Assembly: GCA_003278145.1 (NCBI GenBank)
Contig: QCGV01000005.1
Location: forward strand, 645 to 64,644
Source of the DNA: OCS116 cluster bacterium AG-390-A19
GTDB lineage: Bacteria; Pseudomonadota; Alphaproteobacteria; MED-G09
Direction of reading: 5' to 3'
Length of the DNA stretch: 64,000 nt
In this document: piece after piece, positions 9,468 through 19,385 of the stretch
Layout: the number at the start of each line of letters is the position of its first letter
How positions within the stretch are numbered: position 1 is the stretch's first letter
Made by a program: the position numbers and the translations under genes
The notes under the pieces: generated by a model
Seen by the model: only the letters and a program-made list of their open reading frames with translations
The model's database searches: none
What the model was told of the DNA's origin: nothing

Positions 9468-10631
9468 TTAATACCCAGGATGATCTAATAAATCTTCACC
9501 ATAGAGTCTAGCATGATTTTCAACTACAGATCTATCAGTCATAGAGGCAATATAATCACAAATAACTCTTGCAGTAATTTTAGAATATGGACTATCACAT
9601 TTTTCTTTTAATTTAATTGGAAGAAGATCAATGTTTTTAATTAATTTAGAGAAAATTTCTTCAATTATTCTCATTGATTTCACCCTCTCCTTTTCAATAG
9701 AGTTATGTTCATAGACACGTGATCTTAAAAAATTTCTTATTTGAGTATCTTGTGAAATAAAAAAATCTGAGAAACTTGCAATTAAACCATTATGAGATCT
9801 AATTTCCTCAGCATTTTTAGGATTAACTTTACTTATATTTTTTTTTGTATTCTTGATTAAGTCATTTACCATAAGACCTATTAATCTTCTAATTAACTCT
9901 TTAACAATCATGTAATTATCAATACCTTTAAACTCTGAATTAATTTCTTTAATAATTTCTGAAAATAATTCAATTTTTTTTAAATCATCTAAAGAAATGA
10001 AACCTGCCCTAAATCCATCATCAATATCATGATTATTATAGGCTATATCATCTGATAAAGATGCAATTTGAGCCTCAAGCCCAGGATAAGTATTTAACTC
10101 TAAATCATGAAGTTTATTATACTCTTTAATAACAATATGAGGATCTAAAAGTGGACCATTATGTTTAACAACCCCCTCTAACGTTTCCCAAGTTAAATTT
10201 AAGCCATTAAATGAAGGATACCTCTCCTCTAAAGAGGTTAAAATTCTTAAGGTTTGAGCATTATGATCGAAACCATCATAATCATTCATGCATTTGTTTA
10301 AAACTTCTTCTCCAGAATGAGCAAAAGGTGGATGACCAAGGTCATGAGATAAAGCTAAAACCTCTGCTAAATCTTCATCTAAACCAAGCCTTCTAGAAAT
10401 AGACCTAGAAATTTGACTTACTTCAAGAGAGTGAGTTAAACGCGTTCTATAATAATCACCTGTATGAGCCAGAAAAACCTGCGTTTTATGTTTTAATAAT
10501 CTGAATGAATCTGAATGAATGACTCTATCCCTATCTCTCTGGTAAGGATTTCTGTTTTCACTTTCATTTTCATTATGAAGTCTACCCTTTGAATTTTCAA
10601 AGGATGTTGAAAAGATAGCTTTTTTTATCAT
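9468..10631 (-). CDS. dgt: dGTP triphosphohydrolase-like HD-domain protein
   Basis: 387 aa, 'RTRLTHSLEVSQISR...LSHDLGHPPFAHSGE' HD motif. It is adjacent to argS, as in many alphaproteobacteria. Confidence 0.88.
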   Translation of the reverse strand: MIKKAIFSTSFENSKGRLHNENESENRNPYQRDRDRVIHSDSFRLLKHKTQVFLAHTGDYYRTRLTHSLEVSQISRSISRRLGLDEDLAEVLALSHDLGHPPFAHSGEEVLNKCMNDYDGFDHNAQTLRILTSLEERYPSFNGLNLTWETLEGVVKHNGPLLDPHIVIKEYNKLHDLELNTYPGLEAQIASLSDDIAYNNHDIDDGFRAGFISLDDLKKIELFSEIIKEINSEFKGIDNYMIVKELIRRLIGLMVNDLIKNTKKNISKVNPKNAEEIRSHNGLIASFSDFFISQDTQIRNFLRSRVYEHNSIEKERVKSMRIIEEIFSKLIKNIDLLPIKLKEKCDSPYSKITARVICDYIASMTDRSVVENHARLYGEDLLDHPGY

Positions 10632-10632
10632 T

Positions 10633-10671
10633 AGAGATTCCTATTATTAAGTAAAAATAACAGGAATCTCT
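10633..10671 (-). promoter_or_regulatory. perfect 10-bp-stem hairpin between hppA and dgt whose 3' arm contains the dgt Shine-Dalgarno
   Basis: The arms are 10633..10642 (agagattcct) and 10662..10671 (aggaatctct), exact reverse complements, with a 19-nt loop. On the minus strand the 3' arm reads AGGAATCTCT, then A, then ATG(dgt). No U-tract follows. Confidence 0.45.
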
Positions 10672-10700
10672 CTGATTTAAAAATTTTATATAACTAAAAT

Positions 10701-12803
10701 TTAATGAGCTAAAATTGCTAGTAGCAATAATGCAACAATATTAGTAATTTTAATCATCGGGTTAATAGCAGGTCCTGCTGTATCTTTATAAGGGTCTCCA
10801 ACAGTGTCACCAGTAACAGCAGCTTTATGGGCCTCTGATCCTTTTCCGCCATGATTGCCATCTTCAATATATTTTTTTGCATTATCCCATGCACCACCAC
10901 CAGCTGTCATGGAAAGAGCAACAAATAAACCAGTAACAATTACCCCAAGAAGCATCGCGCCTAATGCGGAAAAGGCATCCCCTTTTGTTGCGATGAAATT
11001 AATAAAATAAAATAAAATAACTGGTGACAGTAATGGAAGTAATGAAGGTATAATCATTTCTTTAATTGCTGATTTTGTAAGAAGATCAACAGCTCTTGAA
11101 TAATCAGGTTTGTCTTTTCCTGTCATAATTCCTGGTTTCTCTTTAAATTGAAGCCTTACTTCTTCAACAATGGCTGAACCAGCTCTTCCAACTGCTGTCA
11201 TTCCCATAGCGGCAAATAAATACGGAAGCATTCCTCCAACTAGTAAACCTACAACTACATAAGGATTTGATAGTGAGAAATCTGTTGAAACACCATAAAA
11301 ATAACTTCCTTCAACAGCATTAGATGTAAAATAATCGATATCTGCAGTGTAAGCGCCAAATAAGACTAAAGCGCCTAAACCAGCAGAACCAATTGCATAA
11401 CCCTTTGTTACAGCTTTTGTGGTATTTCCAACAGCGTCCAAAGCATCAGTTGTATTTCTAACATCTTCAGGTAATTCTGACATTTCTGCGATACCACCTG
11501 CATTATCGGTAACAGGCCCAAAAGCATCTAAGGCTACAACCATACCGGCTAATGCGAGCATAGTAGTTACAGCAATAGCAATACCAAATAACCCAGCCAA
11601 ACTATATGTTACGATAATACCGAAAACTATTACAAGCGCAGGAAGAGCAGTTGATTCCATTGAAACAGCTAAACCTTGAATAACATTTGTACCATGTCCA
11701 GTTTCTGATGACTTAGCAATTGACTGAACAGGACGATAATCAACACCAGTGTAATACTCTGTAATCCATATAATTAAACCAGTAATAGCTAGGCCGATAA
11801 CACCACAAATATACAAATCAAGACCAGTAAAAGAAATATCATCTATAGAGAGATTTGTATTAAAACCTACTACCAAGTCTGTTACAAAATATAAGACAAT
11901 TAACGATAAAATAGCAGTAGCAATAAAGCCTCTGTATAGAGCGCCCATGATTGAATTATTTTTACCTAGTTTAACGAAATAAGTCCCTAATATTGATGTT
12001 ATTACGCAAGCAGCACAAATTGCCATTGGGTAAATCATCATAATAACATTACCAGTAAAAAATATTGATGCTAAAACCATTGTAGCTACAACTGTTACAG
12101 CATATGTTTCAAAAAGATCGGCAGCCATTCCAGCACAGTCTCCAACATTATCACCAACATTATCAGCAATTGTCGCCGGATTTCGAGGATCATCCTCAGG
12201 AATACCAGCTTCAACCTTTCCTACAAGATCTCCACCTACATCAGCACCTTTGGTAAAAATTCCTCCACCTAATCTAGCAAAAATTGAAATCAACGAAGAA
12301 CCAAAACCAAGAGCAACTAAAGCATCAATAACAACTCTATCGTTTGAAGGGGTCCAAACATTTGTTAAAATATAATAATAAACAGAAACAGCTAATAGTG
12401 CTAAACCAGCAACAAGCATTCCTGTAACTGCACCAGATTTAAAAGCAATATTAAGACCGCTAGCCAAGCTTATTGATGAGGCTTGGGTTGTTCTTACATT
12501 CGCTCTTACAGATACTAACATACCTATATAACCGGCTATACCTGACATAACAGAACCAATTAAAAAACCAATCGCTACCTCAAGACCAAGTAAGAAATAT
12601 GAAATTATAAGGATTACTATGCCAACTATTGCTATTGTACTATATTGTCTAGATAAATATGCTCCAGCCCCTTCTTGAATGGCTTTTGCTATTTCTTGCA
12701 TTTTTTCATTTCCAGTATCTGCTGATAAAACAGATAAAGAAGTAATTATTCCATAAAGAACAGCTAAAACTCCAGATCCAATAATTAGGTACATAATATC
12801 CAT
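10701..12803 (-). CDS. hppA: membrane-bound proton-translocating pyrophosphatase (Lys-type, predicted K+-independent)
   Basis: About 700 aa, polytopic, with '[21 protein letters not shown]' and '[16 protein letters not shown]'. I prefer ATG 12803, which has GGAGG 8 nt upstream. The ORF-track GTG at 12818 lies inside that SD. Confidence 0.94.
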   Translation of the reverse strand: MDIMYLIIGSGVLAVLYGIITSLSVLSADTGNEKMQEIAKAIQEGAGAYLSRQYSTIAIVGIVILIISYFLLGLEVAIGFLIGSVMSGIAGYIGMLVSVRANVRTTQASSISLASGLNIAFKSGAVTGMLVAGLALLAVSVYYYILTNVWTPSNDRVVIDALVALGFGSSLISIFARLGGGIFTKGADVGGDLVGKVEAGIPEDDPRNPATIADNVGDNVGDCAGMAADLFETYAVTVVATMVLASIFFTGNVIMMIYPMAICAACVITSILGTYFVKLGKNNSIMGALYRGFIATAILSLIVLYFVTDLVVGFNTNLSIDDISFTGLDLYICGVIGLAITGLIIWITEYYTGVDYRPVQSIAKSSETGHGTNVIQGLAVSMESTALPALVIVFGIIVTYSLAGLFGIAIAVTTMLALAGMVVALDAFGPVTDNAGGIAEMSELPEDVRNTTDALDAVGNTTKAVTKGYAIGSAGLGALVLFGAYTADIDYFTSNAVEGSYFYGVSTDFSLSNPYVVVGLLVGGMLPYLFAAMGMTAVGRAGSAIVEEVRLQFKEKPGIMTGKDKPDYSRAVDLLTKSAIKEMIIPSLLPLLSPVILFYFINFIATKGDAFSALGAMLLGVIVTGLFVALSMTAGGGAWDNAKKYIEDGNHGGKGSEAHKAAVTGDTVGDPYKDTAGPAINPMIKITNIVALLLLAILAH

Positions 12804-12898
12804 AATAATTTCCTCCACATTATTAAAAAAATTAAAAAACTATTTTTGATTTTGACGAACATTGCCAAAACAAAGTCCAAATATCAAGCTAAACATTC

Positions 12899-13837
12899 CT
12901 AGAATTTATGCTTATAACCATCTAAATTAGTTATGTCATCAAAATCAGTTATATTTATATTTCTTCCTTTTTTCATTTTGCCAATTTTAGTAATATTTTT
13001 ATTACTATCTAAACCTTTTTTTCCTGTAAATAATAACTCATAATCATCACCGCCATTTAGAATAAGTTCCTTTAATTTGGGGTATTTTGATATAATAACT
13101 TTGGCCGAATTAGATATAGGAATTTTATTAAAATTTATATCAGCACCTAATTTTGAAGTTCTACATATATTTAATAAATCACTATAAAGACCATCAGATA
13201 TATCTGTAGAAGCTGAGGCATTATTATTTATATAATTAACTAAATCAATTCTTGGATTTGGCTTTGAATACCTATTCAATAGATATTCTTTATGTTTTTT
13301 TATTATATTAATTTTTTTCTTTTTTCTGCAAAATAGCCCCAATGCAGAGTCACCAATTGTCCCTGATACATAAATGAAATCACCACTTTTAGCTGACGAT
13401 CTTCTTATAAATCTATTATTAATCAAACTACCAAAAATTGTAAGGGATAATACAGTTTCACCTGAAGTTTTTGTGGTATCTCCACCAATTAAATTTAACT
13501 TAAAGAAATTAATATCAGACTTTAAACCCCTCATAAAATTTCTTATCCATTTTTGATCTATATTTTTACCAACTGAAAAATTGAATAAACAATATTTTGG
13601 TTTAACTCCCTTTGAAATTATGTCTGAAACGTTAACTCGAATAAGTTTTTGAGCTATATGGTATGGTTTGTCTTTAGAAAAAAAATGAATATTTTCGCAA
13701 ATTGTGTCAGTAGAATAGATTTTATCATCGACAAGACCGACGTCATCACTATAATTTAAAGAGTGTTTTGAGTTTTTTTTATTAGAAATGAGATATTTTT
13801 TTATAAAATCAAATTCTGTAATCATTTTAAAATTCAT
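12899..13837 (-). CDS. thiL: thiamine-monophosphate kinase
   Basis: 312 aa with an AIR-synthase-like fold ('EFDFIKKYL', 'GGDDYELLFT'). It sits downstream of nusB, the common arrangement. Confidence 0.85.
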   Translation of the reverse strand: MNFKMITEFDFIKKYLISNKKNSKHSLNYSDDVGLVDDKIYSTDTICENIHFFSKDKPYHIAQKLIRVNVSDIISKGVKPKYCLFNFSVGKNIDQKWIRNFMRGLKSDINFFKLNLIGGDTTKTSGETVLSLTIFGSLINNRFIRRSSAKSGDFIYVSGTIGDSALGLFCRKKKKINIIKKHKEYLLNRYSKPNPRIDLVNYINNNASASTDISDGLYSDLLNICRTSKLGADINFNKIPISNSAKVIISKYPKLKELILNGGDDYELLFTGKKGLDSNKNITKIGKMKKGRNINITDFDDITNLDGYKHKF

Positions 13838-14282
13838 TTGGTCTGTAAATTTTTGAAATTTTATCTAAAATACCATTTATAAAATTTGACTCTTCACCCT
13901 GAAAAAATGATTTTGAAATTTCTATATATTCATTAATTATTACTTTGACAGGTATATCATTACATTCTCTTAATTCATACAATGCCGATCTTAAAATTGC
14001 TCTTGAAACTGAGTCAATTCTAGATAATGACCAGCCAATTAAGTTATCTTTAATATCTAAATCAATATCTTTTTGATTTTTTGTAACACCTTTTAAAATT
14101 TTACTTAAATGATTTTTATCTGCTTTTTCTGTTTTATTTAATCTTGAAATCTCAATTAAATATTCATCAGTTAATCTTTCGAGAATATTGTTAATTTTTT
14201 TTCCATTTATTTCCATTTCAAATAAAATTTGTACTGCAAATAGACGTGCAGATGATTTTTTGTTATGATTATTTGACTTCAA
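13827..14282 (-). CDS. nusB: transcription antitermination factor NusB
   Basis: 151 aa, 'ARLFAVQILFEMEI', follows ribH. Confidence 0.9.
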   Translation of the reverse strand: MKSNNHNKKSSARLFAVQILFEMEINGKKINNILERLTDEYLIEISRLNKTEKADKNHLSKILKGVTKNQKDIDLDIKDNLIGWSLSRIDSVSRAILRSALYELRECNDIPVKVIINEYIEISKSFFQGEESNFINGILDKISKIYRPNEF

Positions 14283-14283
14283 A

Positions 14284-14706
14284 TTAAAAATTACCTTTTA
14301 AATCTATAAGCTTTGAGCAAGCTAAGGCAGCATGATAACCTTTATTATTTTTATTATCACTACTTCTTTCAATTGCTTGTGCTTTATTTTCTACAGTTAA
14401 AATACCATTAGCTATTAAAAGAGAGTAATCTAAATTAAGATTCGTAATGGCTCTTGCTGATTCATTAACAACAATATCAAAATGACTTGTTTCACCTCGA
14501 ATGACACAGCCTATGGCAATAAAGCCATCAAAACTATCTCTATCAGAAATAATTTTTATAGCGGGTCCAATTTCTAAAGCGCCAGGCACATATATTTTTT
14601 TATATTTAATTGAATTTTCATCACAGAATTTTATGGCGCCAATCTCGAGACCATCTGAAATTTCTTTATAGTAATCGGAAATAACTATGCAAATATCTTT
14701 AACCAT
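14284..14706 (-). CDS. ribH: 6,7-dimethyl-8-ribityllumazine synthase
   Basis: 'VPGALEIGPA' and 'RGETSHFDIV' motifs. The start was moved to Met 14706 ('MVKDICIV'). The longer track ORF (to 14754) would overlap ribBA. Confidence 0.9.
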   Translation of the reverse strand: MVKDICIVISDYYKEISDGLEIGAIKFCDENSIKYKKIYVPGALEIGPAIKIISDRDSFDGFIAIGCVIRGETSHFDIVVNESARAITNLNLDYSLLIANGILTVENKAQAIERSSDNKNNKGYHAALACSKLIDLKGNF

Positions 14707-14707
14707 A

Positions 14708-15814
14708 TTAATTTTTATCCTCAAGAGGTTGACGATTTGAAATTTCCAAATCATAGCCTTCTAAGTTTATTGGCGTCGCGTTAGTATCTGAAATTAAATT
14801 CATTTTTTTTACCCCTAAGTCAATTAATATTTGAGCTCCAACACCATATTCTTTTAATTTGTTTTCTTGCTTTAAATTATTTCCAGAATATTTATCCAGA
14901 AGATTTGATAAAGCATTATCATTGGTATCTCTTACAAGAATAATTATACCTGAATCAAGATTATTAATTAGACTCATAGACTTTGCGATTAAATTCTTTC
15001 TATTAGGATTTATTGAAATTAAGTCTTCAAAAATATTTACTGAATGAACTCTGATTGGAATAACATCATTAGAATTAATTTTTCCCTTTACCAGGGCAAT
15101 ATGTTCCGCTTTATCAAGATCATTTTTATAAACAATACAATCCCAATTTCCTCCAAACTCACTTACAATTTTCTCATTTCTAACCTTTGTAATTATATGG
15201 TCATTGTTTATCCTATATGATATTAAATCAGCAATTGTTCCTATTTTGAGATTAAATCTTTTCGCAACTTCAATTAATTCTGGAAGCCTTGCCATAGTTC
15301 CATCATCATTCATAATTTCACAAATAACACCTGATGGATTTTTTCCTGCAAGTTTTGCTATATCGACAGCGGCTTCAGTATGACCAGCTCTAACTAAAAC
15401 ACCGCCAGGACGTGCTTTTATAGGAAAAACATGGCCTGGGGTAACTATATCTGTGCTTTTTGCATTATTCGAGATTGCTGTAGCAATTGTTAGAGCTCTG
15501 TCATGTGCTGAAATACCAGTAGTGACTCCTTCCCTGGCTTCGATTGAAACAGTAAATGCTGTCTCATGTCTTGATTTATTATTAGAAGACATTAAAGACA
15601 ATCCCAAATTTTCTACCTTATCTTCATTTAAGGCTAGGCAAATTAGACCTCTACCATTTTTTGCCATAAAATTAATTACGTCAGCATTTGCATCTTCTGC
15701 AGGTATTACAAGATCACCTTCATTTTCTCTATCCTCTGCATCAACAAGAATAAACATATTTCCTTTTGACGCTTCGTTAATAATATCTTCTATAGGTGAA
15801 ATATAATCCTTCAT
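14708..15814 (-). CDS. ribB: 3,4-dihydroxy-2-butanone-4-phosphate synthase fused to a degenerate GTP cyclohydrolase II-like domain (RibBX-type)
   Basis: The N-terminal half has an intact DHBPS signature ('DRENEGDLV', 'HETAFTVSIEA', 'PGHVFP', 'RAGHTEAAVD'). The C-terminal half aligns to GCHII ('IRVHS...') but reads 'VNIFEDLISINPNRKNL' where the C..CxC zinc ligands belong. Confidence 0.9.
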   Translation of the reverse strand: MKDYISPIEDIINEASKGNMFILVDAEDRENEGDLVIPAEDANADVINFMAKNGRGLICLALNEDKVENLGLSLMSSNNKSRHETAFTVSIEAREGVTTGISAHDRALTIATAISNNAKSTDIVTPGHVFPIKARPGGVLVRAGHTEAAVDIAKLAGKNPSGVICEIMNDDGTMARLPELIEVAKRFNLKIGTIADLISYRINNDHIITKVRNEKIVSEFGGNWDCIVYKNDLDKAEHIALVKGKINSNDVIPIRVHSVNIFEDLISINPNRKNLIAKSMSLINNLDSGIIILVRDTNDNALSNLLDKYSGNNLKQENKLKEYGVGAQILIDLGVKKMNLISDTNATPINLEGYDLEISNRQPLEDKN

Positions 15815-16410
15815 TTTCTTTCCTCAAGTTGACGTGCAACATATCTAGCCAATACATCAAATTCAATATTTATACTATCACCCTCACTTATTTTACTCCA
15901 TGAAGTGTTTTCTTCCGTGTGAGGTATAATATTTACTGTGAAAAAATCATCAAAGACTTCATTTACGGTTAACGAAATACCATCGAGACAAATGGAACCT
16001 TTTGAAGCGACATATCTTTTGTATTCTTTAGGATACTTTATTTTAAAAACATTACTATTTTTTGATTTATTAATTGAGTTTATTTCACCCAAACAGTCTA
16101 CATGACCAGTTACAAGATGCCCTCCAACCTCATCGCCAAATTTTAAGCTTTTTTCTAAATTAATTTTAGTATTTTTTTTCCAAAACTTTACAGATGAGCA
16201 AGAGATAGTTTCTTGGGAAACTTCAAAACAAAAATAAGAATAGTTTTCATGGTTATTTTTCTCTATGACTGTAAGACAAATTCCTGAACAACAAATAGAA
16301 GCACCAATATCAATATCATTATGATCAAATTTTGATGATATTTTAATTTTGCCGCTATCAAAGTTAATAGATAATATTTCACCGACGTCTGTAATAATTC
16401 CTGTGAACAA
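15811..16410 (-). CDS. ribE: riboflavin synthase
   Basis: 199 aa, 'MFTGIITDVGEI', with two lumazine-binding repeats. Confidence 0.93.
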   Translation of the reverse strand: MFTGIITDVGEILSINFDSGKIKISSKFDHNDIDIGASICCSGICLTVIEKNNHENYSYFCFEVSQETISCSSVKFWKKNTKINLEKSLKFGDEVGGHLVTGHVDCLGEINSINKSKNSNVFKIKYPKEYKRYVASKGSICLDGISLTVNEVFDDFFTVNIIPHTEENTSWSKISEGDSINIEFDVLARYVARQLEERK

Positions 16411-16414
16411 AATA

Positions 16415-17518
16415 TTAATCCTTCCTAAAGCTAAAGATCTCTAACTTATTATCTCTTAAATTAATACTATCTTTTAATAAAAAATTTTGACTATCTCTTA
16501 GATTGTTTAATTTTTTATCATATTTATTCAATGATTTACCTGAATTAATATCATTCTTAGAAGAAAACCAATAAACAAGATTTACTATATTCTTTTTAAG
16601 AAAAGAAGTTGAGATTGTTGAACCACCTTCTATTAACAATCTATTAATATTCATTTTATTAAGAAAAGATAAAATTTCATCAATTTTAAGATATCCTTTG
16701 TTATTTTTTTTAATATGTATAATTTTAATACCTTTTTTCTCATAAGAATTAATTCTTTTATTATCCAATGAGTTAGTAAAAATAATTAAATCATTTTTTG
16801 CGTTTTCAACTAAAATTGAATCCAATGGTGTTTTCAAGTCGGTATCAACTATTAGTTTGACTGGTGATCTTTCCCTTAATCCATTTAATCTGCAATCTAA
16901 TGAGGGGTTATCTGATAAAACTGTATTTATTCCTACCATTATTGCATCATGATTAGATCTTAAGGCATGTCCATATGATCTTGATAAGTAATTAGTTATC
17001 CACTTTTTACCTTCTTCAGGAATAGTAAATCCATTTTTAGATGATGCAACTTTAACATTTATTTCTGGAAATTTATATTTAACATTATTTATAAAACCAA
17101 AATGATTTTCCTGGGCCAATTTTTCAGACATTCCATAATCTACCTGAATACCATTTGCCTTTAACTGCCTTATACCCTCCCCATTAACAATTGGATTAGG
17201 GTCCTTTTGAGCTATAACAACTCTCTTTACCTTCTTTTTAATTAATAAATTTGTACATGGAGGGTTTTTACCGCTATGTGAACATGGCTCTAAAGTTACA
17301 TAAACAGTTGTATTTATTGGAAAATTTTTAATACTATTAATTGCATTATGTTCAGCATGAGGTGTACCATTTTTTCCAGTAATACCTATGCTTATTATTT
17401 TATTATTACTGGTGATAACACATCCCACAGAAGGATTTTCTCCGGTATTACCAACATTTCTTGCTGCAAGTCTAATTGCATAATCCATAAAAAAATTATC
17501 ATCTAAGGAATATTTCAT
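16415..17518 (-). CDS. ribD: bifunctional diaminohydroxyphosphoribosylaminopyrimidine deaminase / 5-amino-6-(5-phosphoribosylamino)uracil reductase
   Basis: 367 aa with deaminase zinc motifs 'HAEHNAI' and 'PCSHSGKNPPC' plus a C-terminal reductase domain. Confidence 0.93.
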   Translation of the reverse strand: MKYSLDDNFFMDYAIRLAARNVGNTGENPSVGCVITSNNKIISIGITGKNGTPHAEHNAINSIKNFPINTTVYVTLEPCSHSGKNPPCTNLLIKKKVKRVVIAQKDPNPIVNGEGIRQLKANGIQVDYGMSEKLAQENHFGFINNVKYKFPEINVKVASSKNGFTIPEEGKKWITNYLSRSYGHALRSNHDAIMVGINTVLSDNPSLDCRLNGLRERSPVKLIVDTDLKTPLDSILVENAKNDLIIFTNSLDNKRINSYEKKGIKIIHIKKNNKGYLKIDEILSFLNKMNINRLLIEGGSTISTSFLKKNIVNLVYWFSSKNDINSGKSLNKYDKKLNNLRDSQNFLLKDSINLRDNKLEIFSFRKD

Positions 17519-17536
17519 TATTTAAAATAAAAAAAT

Positions 17537-18013
17537 TTATCTATCTTCATGAATTATATCAGAAGGATTTCCTAGCTCACCAACAAAATCTTCAAAATCT
17601 TTAACTTCGCGGAAATTTTTATAAACGGAGGCAAATCTTACATATGAAACCATATCTACCTCTCTTAAAGCTGCCATAATTAAACTACCAATTAGATTAG
17701 AGGGAATATCTGTTTCGCCTGTGCTTTCAAGTTGTCTAACAATACCTGTAACCATTCTTTCAATAACATCCGGATCAATATTTCTTTTTCTTACAGAAAT
17801 ATCTACAGATCTCATTAGTTTATCTCTATCAAAAGGAGCTCTTTTTCCAGATCTCTTAACTACAGTTAAATCCCTCATTTGTATCCTTTCAAAGGTGGTA
17901 AATCTTCCTCCACAAGCAAGGCATTGACGTCTTCGTCTTATTGCAGAATTTTCTTCTGTTGGTCTAGAGTCACGAACTTGAGTTTCTTGATTATTACAGA
18001 AGGGACATTGCAT
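17537..18013 (-). CDS. nrdR: transcriptional repressor NrdR
   Basis: 158 aa with a zinc ribbon ('MQCPFCN...[12 protein letters not shown]') and an ATP-cone. Confidence 0.95.
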   Translation of the reverse strand: MQCPFCNNQETQVRDSRPTEENSAIRRRRQCLACGGRFTTFERIQMRDLTVVKRSGKRAPFDRDKLMRSVDISVRKRNIDPDVIERMVTGIVRQLESTGETDIPSNLIGSLIMAALREVDMVSYVRFASVYKNFREVKDFEDFVGELGNPSDIIHEDR

Positions 18014-18015
18014 AT

Positions 18016-19317
18016 TTATTGCTCGTATATAGGAAATTTACTACAGAGTTTTTCAACTTTAATTTTTACACTTTTTTCAACTTGCTCAACAGGTTCATTA
18101 TTATTATCAGAAATTGAATTAAGAACCTCACAAATTAAATCTCCCACAATATTGAATTCAGAGACATTAAAGCCTCTAGTTGTACATGCCGGAGAGCCTA
18201 ATCTTATACCTGATGTAATCATAGGTTTTTCAGGATCAAAAGGTACACCATTTTTATTACAGGTAATTCCAGCTCTACCGAGAGACTCTTCAGCAACATT
18301 ACCTTTTATTCCTTTTGGCCTTAAATCAACTAAAACAATATGTGTATCTGTACCACCAGAAACAATATCAAAACCATCCTGCATAAGTGTTGAGGATAAA
18401 GCCTTAGCATTCTTAAGAACATTTTCTGTGTAAAGATGAAATTCTGGTCGTAAGCTCTCACCAAATGAAACAGCTTTGGCAGCTATAGTATGCATTAAAG
18501 GTCCACCTTGAATTCCAGGGAAAATAGCTGAATTGATTTTCTTGGCAATTTCTTCATTATTCGTAAGTATAAGACCACCTCTTGGCCCTCTAAGCACTTT
18601 ATGTGTTGTAGTTGTAGCAACATCGGCATAGGGAAATGGGCTTGGGTGAGATTTACCAGCAACTAGACCAGAAAAATGAGCCATATCAACCAACAAATAA
18701 GCACCCACTAAATCAGCAATTTCTCTAAAATCTTTGAAATTTATATGCCTAGGATAAGCAGATCCGCCTGCTATTATCAATTTAGGATTATGTTTGATCG
18801 CTAACTCTCTAACTTCATCAATATCAATTAAGCTATCAGATTTTCTGACGCCATACTGAACAGAATTAAACCATTTACCAGATTGGTTAGGCTTAGCTCC
18901 ATGGGTTAAATGACCTCCTGCAGCTAAACTCATTCCCAAAATTGTGTCACCTGGAGTCAACAATGCAGTGTACACAGCTTGATTTGCCTGCGAGCCCGAA
19001 TGAGGCTGAACATTTGCGAAATTAACCTCAAACAAATTACATGCTCTTTGAATAGCAAGTTCTTCAGCAATATCAACAAATTCGCAACCTCCATAATATC
19101 TTCTTGAAGGATATCCTTCGGCGTACTTATTTGTCATAATAGAGCCTTGAGCCTCTAATACTGCTTTAGAAACAATATTTTCGGAGGCTATCAGTTCTAT
19201 TTCGTTTTGTTGACGATGTAACTCCATAGTCATAGCTGAAAATATATCTTTGTCAGCTTTTTCAAGGTTATGATCAAAGAAACCCTCAGGCCTAATATTA
19301 TCTAATTTTTTTTCCAT
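18016..19317 (-). CDS. glyA: serine hydroxymethyltransferase
   Basis: 433 aa with PLP-lysine motif '[14 protein letters not shown]'. Confidence 0.97.
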   Translation of the reverse strand: MEKKLDNIRPEGFFDHNLEKADKDIFSAMTMELHRQQNEIELIASENIVSKAVLEAQGSIMTNKYAEGYPSRRYYGGCEFVDIAEELAIQRACNLFEVNFANVQPHSGSQANQAVYTALLTPGDTILGMSLAAGGHLTHGAKPNQSGKWFNSVQYGVRKSDSLIDIDEVRELAIKHNPKLIIAGGSAYPRHINFKDFREIADLVGAYLLVDMAHFSGLVAGKSHPSPFPYADVATTTTHKVLRGPRGGLILTNNEEIAKKINSAIFPGIQGGPLMHTIAAKAVSFGESLRPEFHLYTENVLKNAKALSSTLMQDGFDIVSGGTDTHIVLVDLRPKGIKGNVAEESLGRAGITCNKNGVPFDPEKPMITSGIRLGSPACTTRGFNVSEFNIVGDLICEVLNSISDNNNEPVEQVEKSVKIKVEKLCSKFPIYEQ

Positions 19318-19385
19318 TTGAACTTTCTAAATAAATTGATACAACATTTTGTATAATTATTTGCAATTTAACACAAGCTATATGC

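Noticed and set aside
9468-10631. The dGTPase-like HD protein as a possible anti-phage nucleotide-depletion defence gene.
   Set aside because: It sits in the conserved alphaproteobacterial housekeeping context next to argS. It has no partner genes, mobile-element traces or compositional break, so it is most simply the lineage's core dgt-like gene.
12819-12898. An imperfect hairpin (TTTTGGCAA-TGT-TCGTCAAAA on the minus strand) after thiL as an intrinsic terminator, and a weak ATACAA-catt-TTGTAT stem at 19339..19354 after the GDPD gene.
   Set aside because: The stems contain a mismatch or wobble or are only 6 bp, and the T-runs are not adjacent. They cannot be distinguished from background without folding energies or 3'-end data.
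17879-18433. 184-aa plus-strand ORF antisense to nrdR/glyA. Similar long antisense ORFs occur at 15453..15806, 28054..28437, 33439..33819, 54390..54698, 11419..11679 and 23253..23579.
   Set aside because: Each lies entirely inside a strongly supported, motif-rich gene on the other strand. Their translations are low-complexity (S/L/I/H-rich) with no recognisable motifs. They occur where the sense gene is relatively GC-richer, so AT-rich stop codons are rare in the antisense frames. This is a statistical artefact.
12819-19385. FMN, TPP or glycine riboswitches upstream of the rib operon, thiL or glyA, and a B12 riboswitch upstream of mutA (46665..46776).
   Set aside because: The available spacers (18, 0, 68 and 112 nt) are too short and too AT-rich to hold these structured aptamers, and no conserved riboswitch core sequences were seen.
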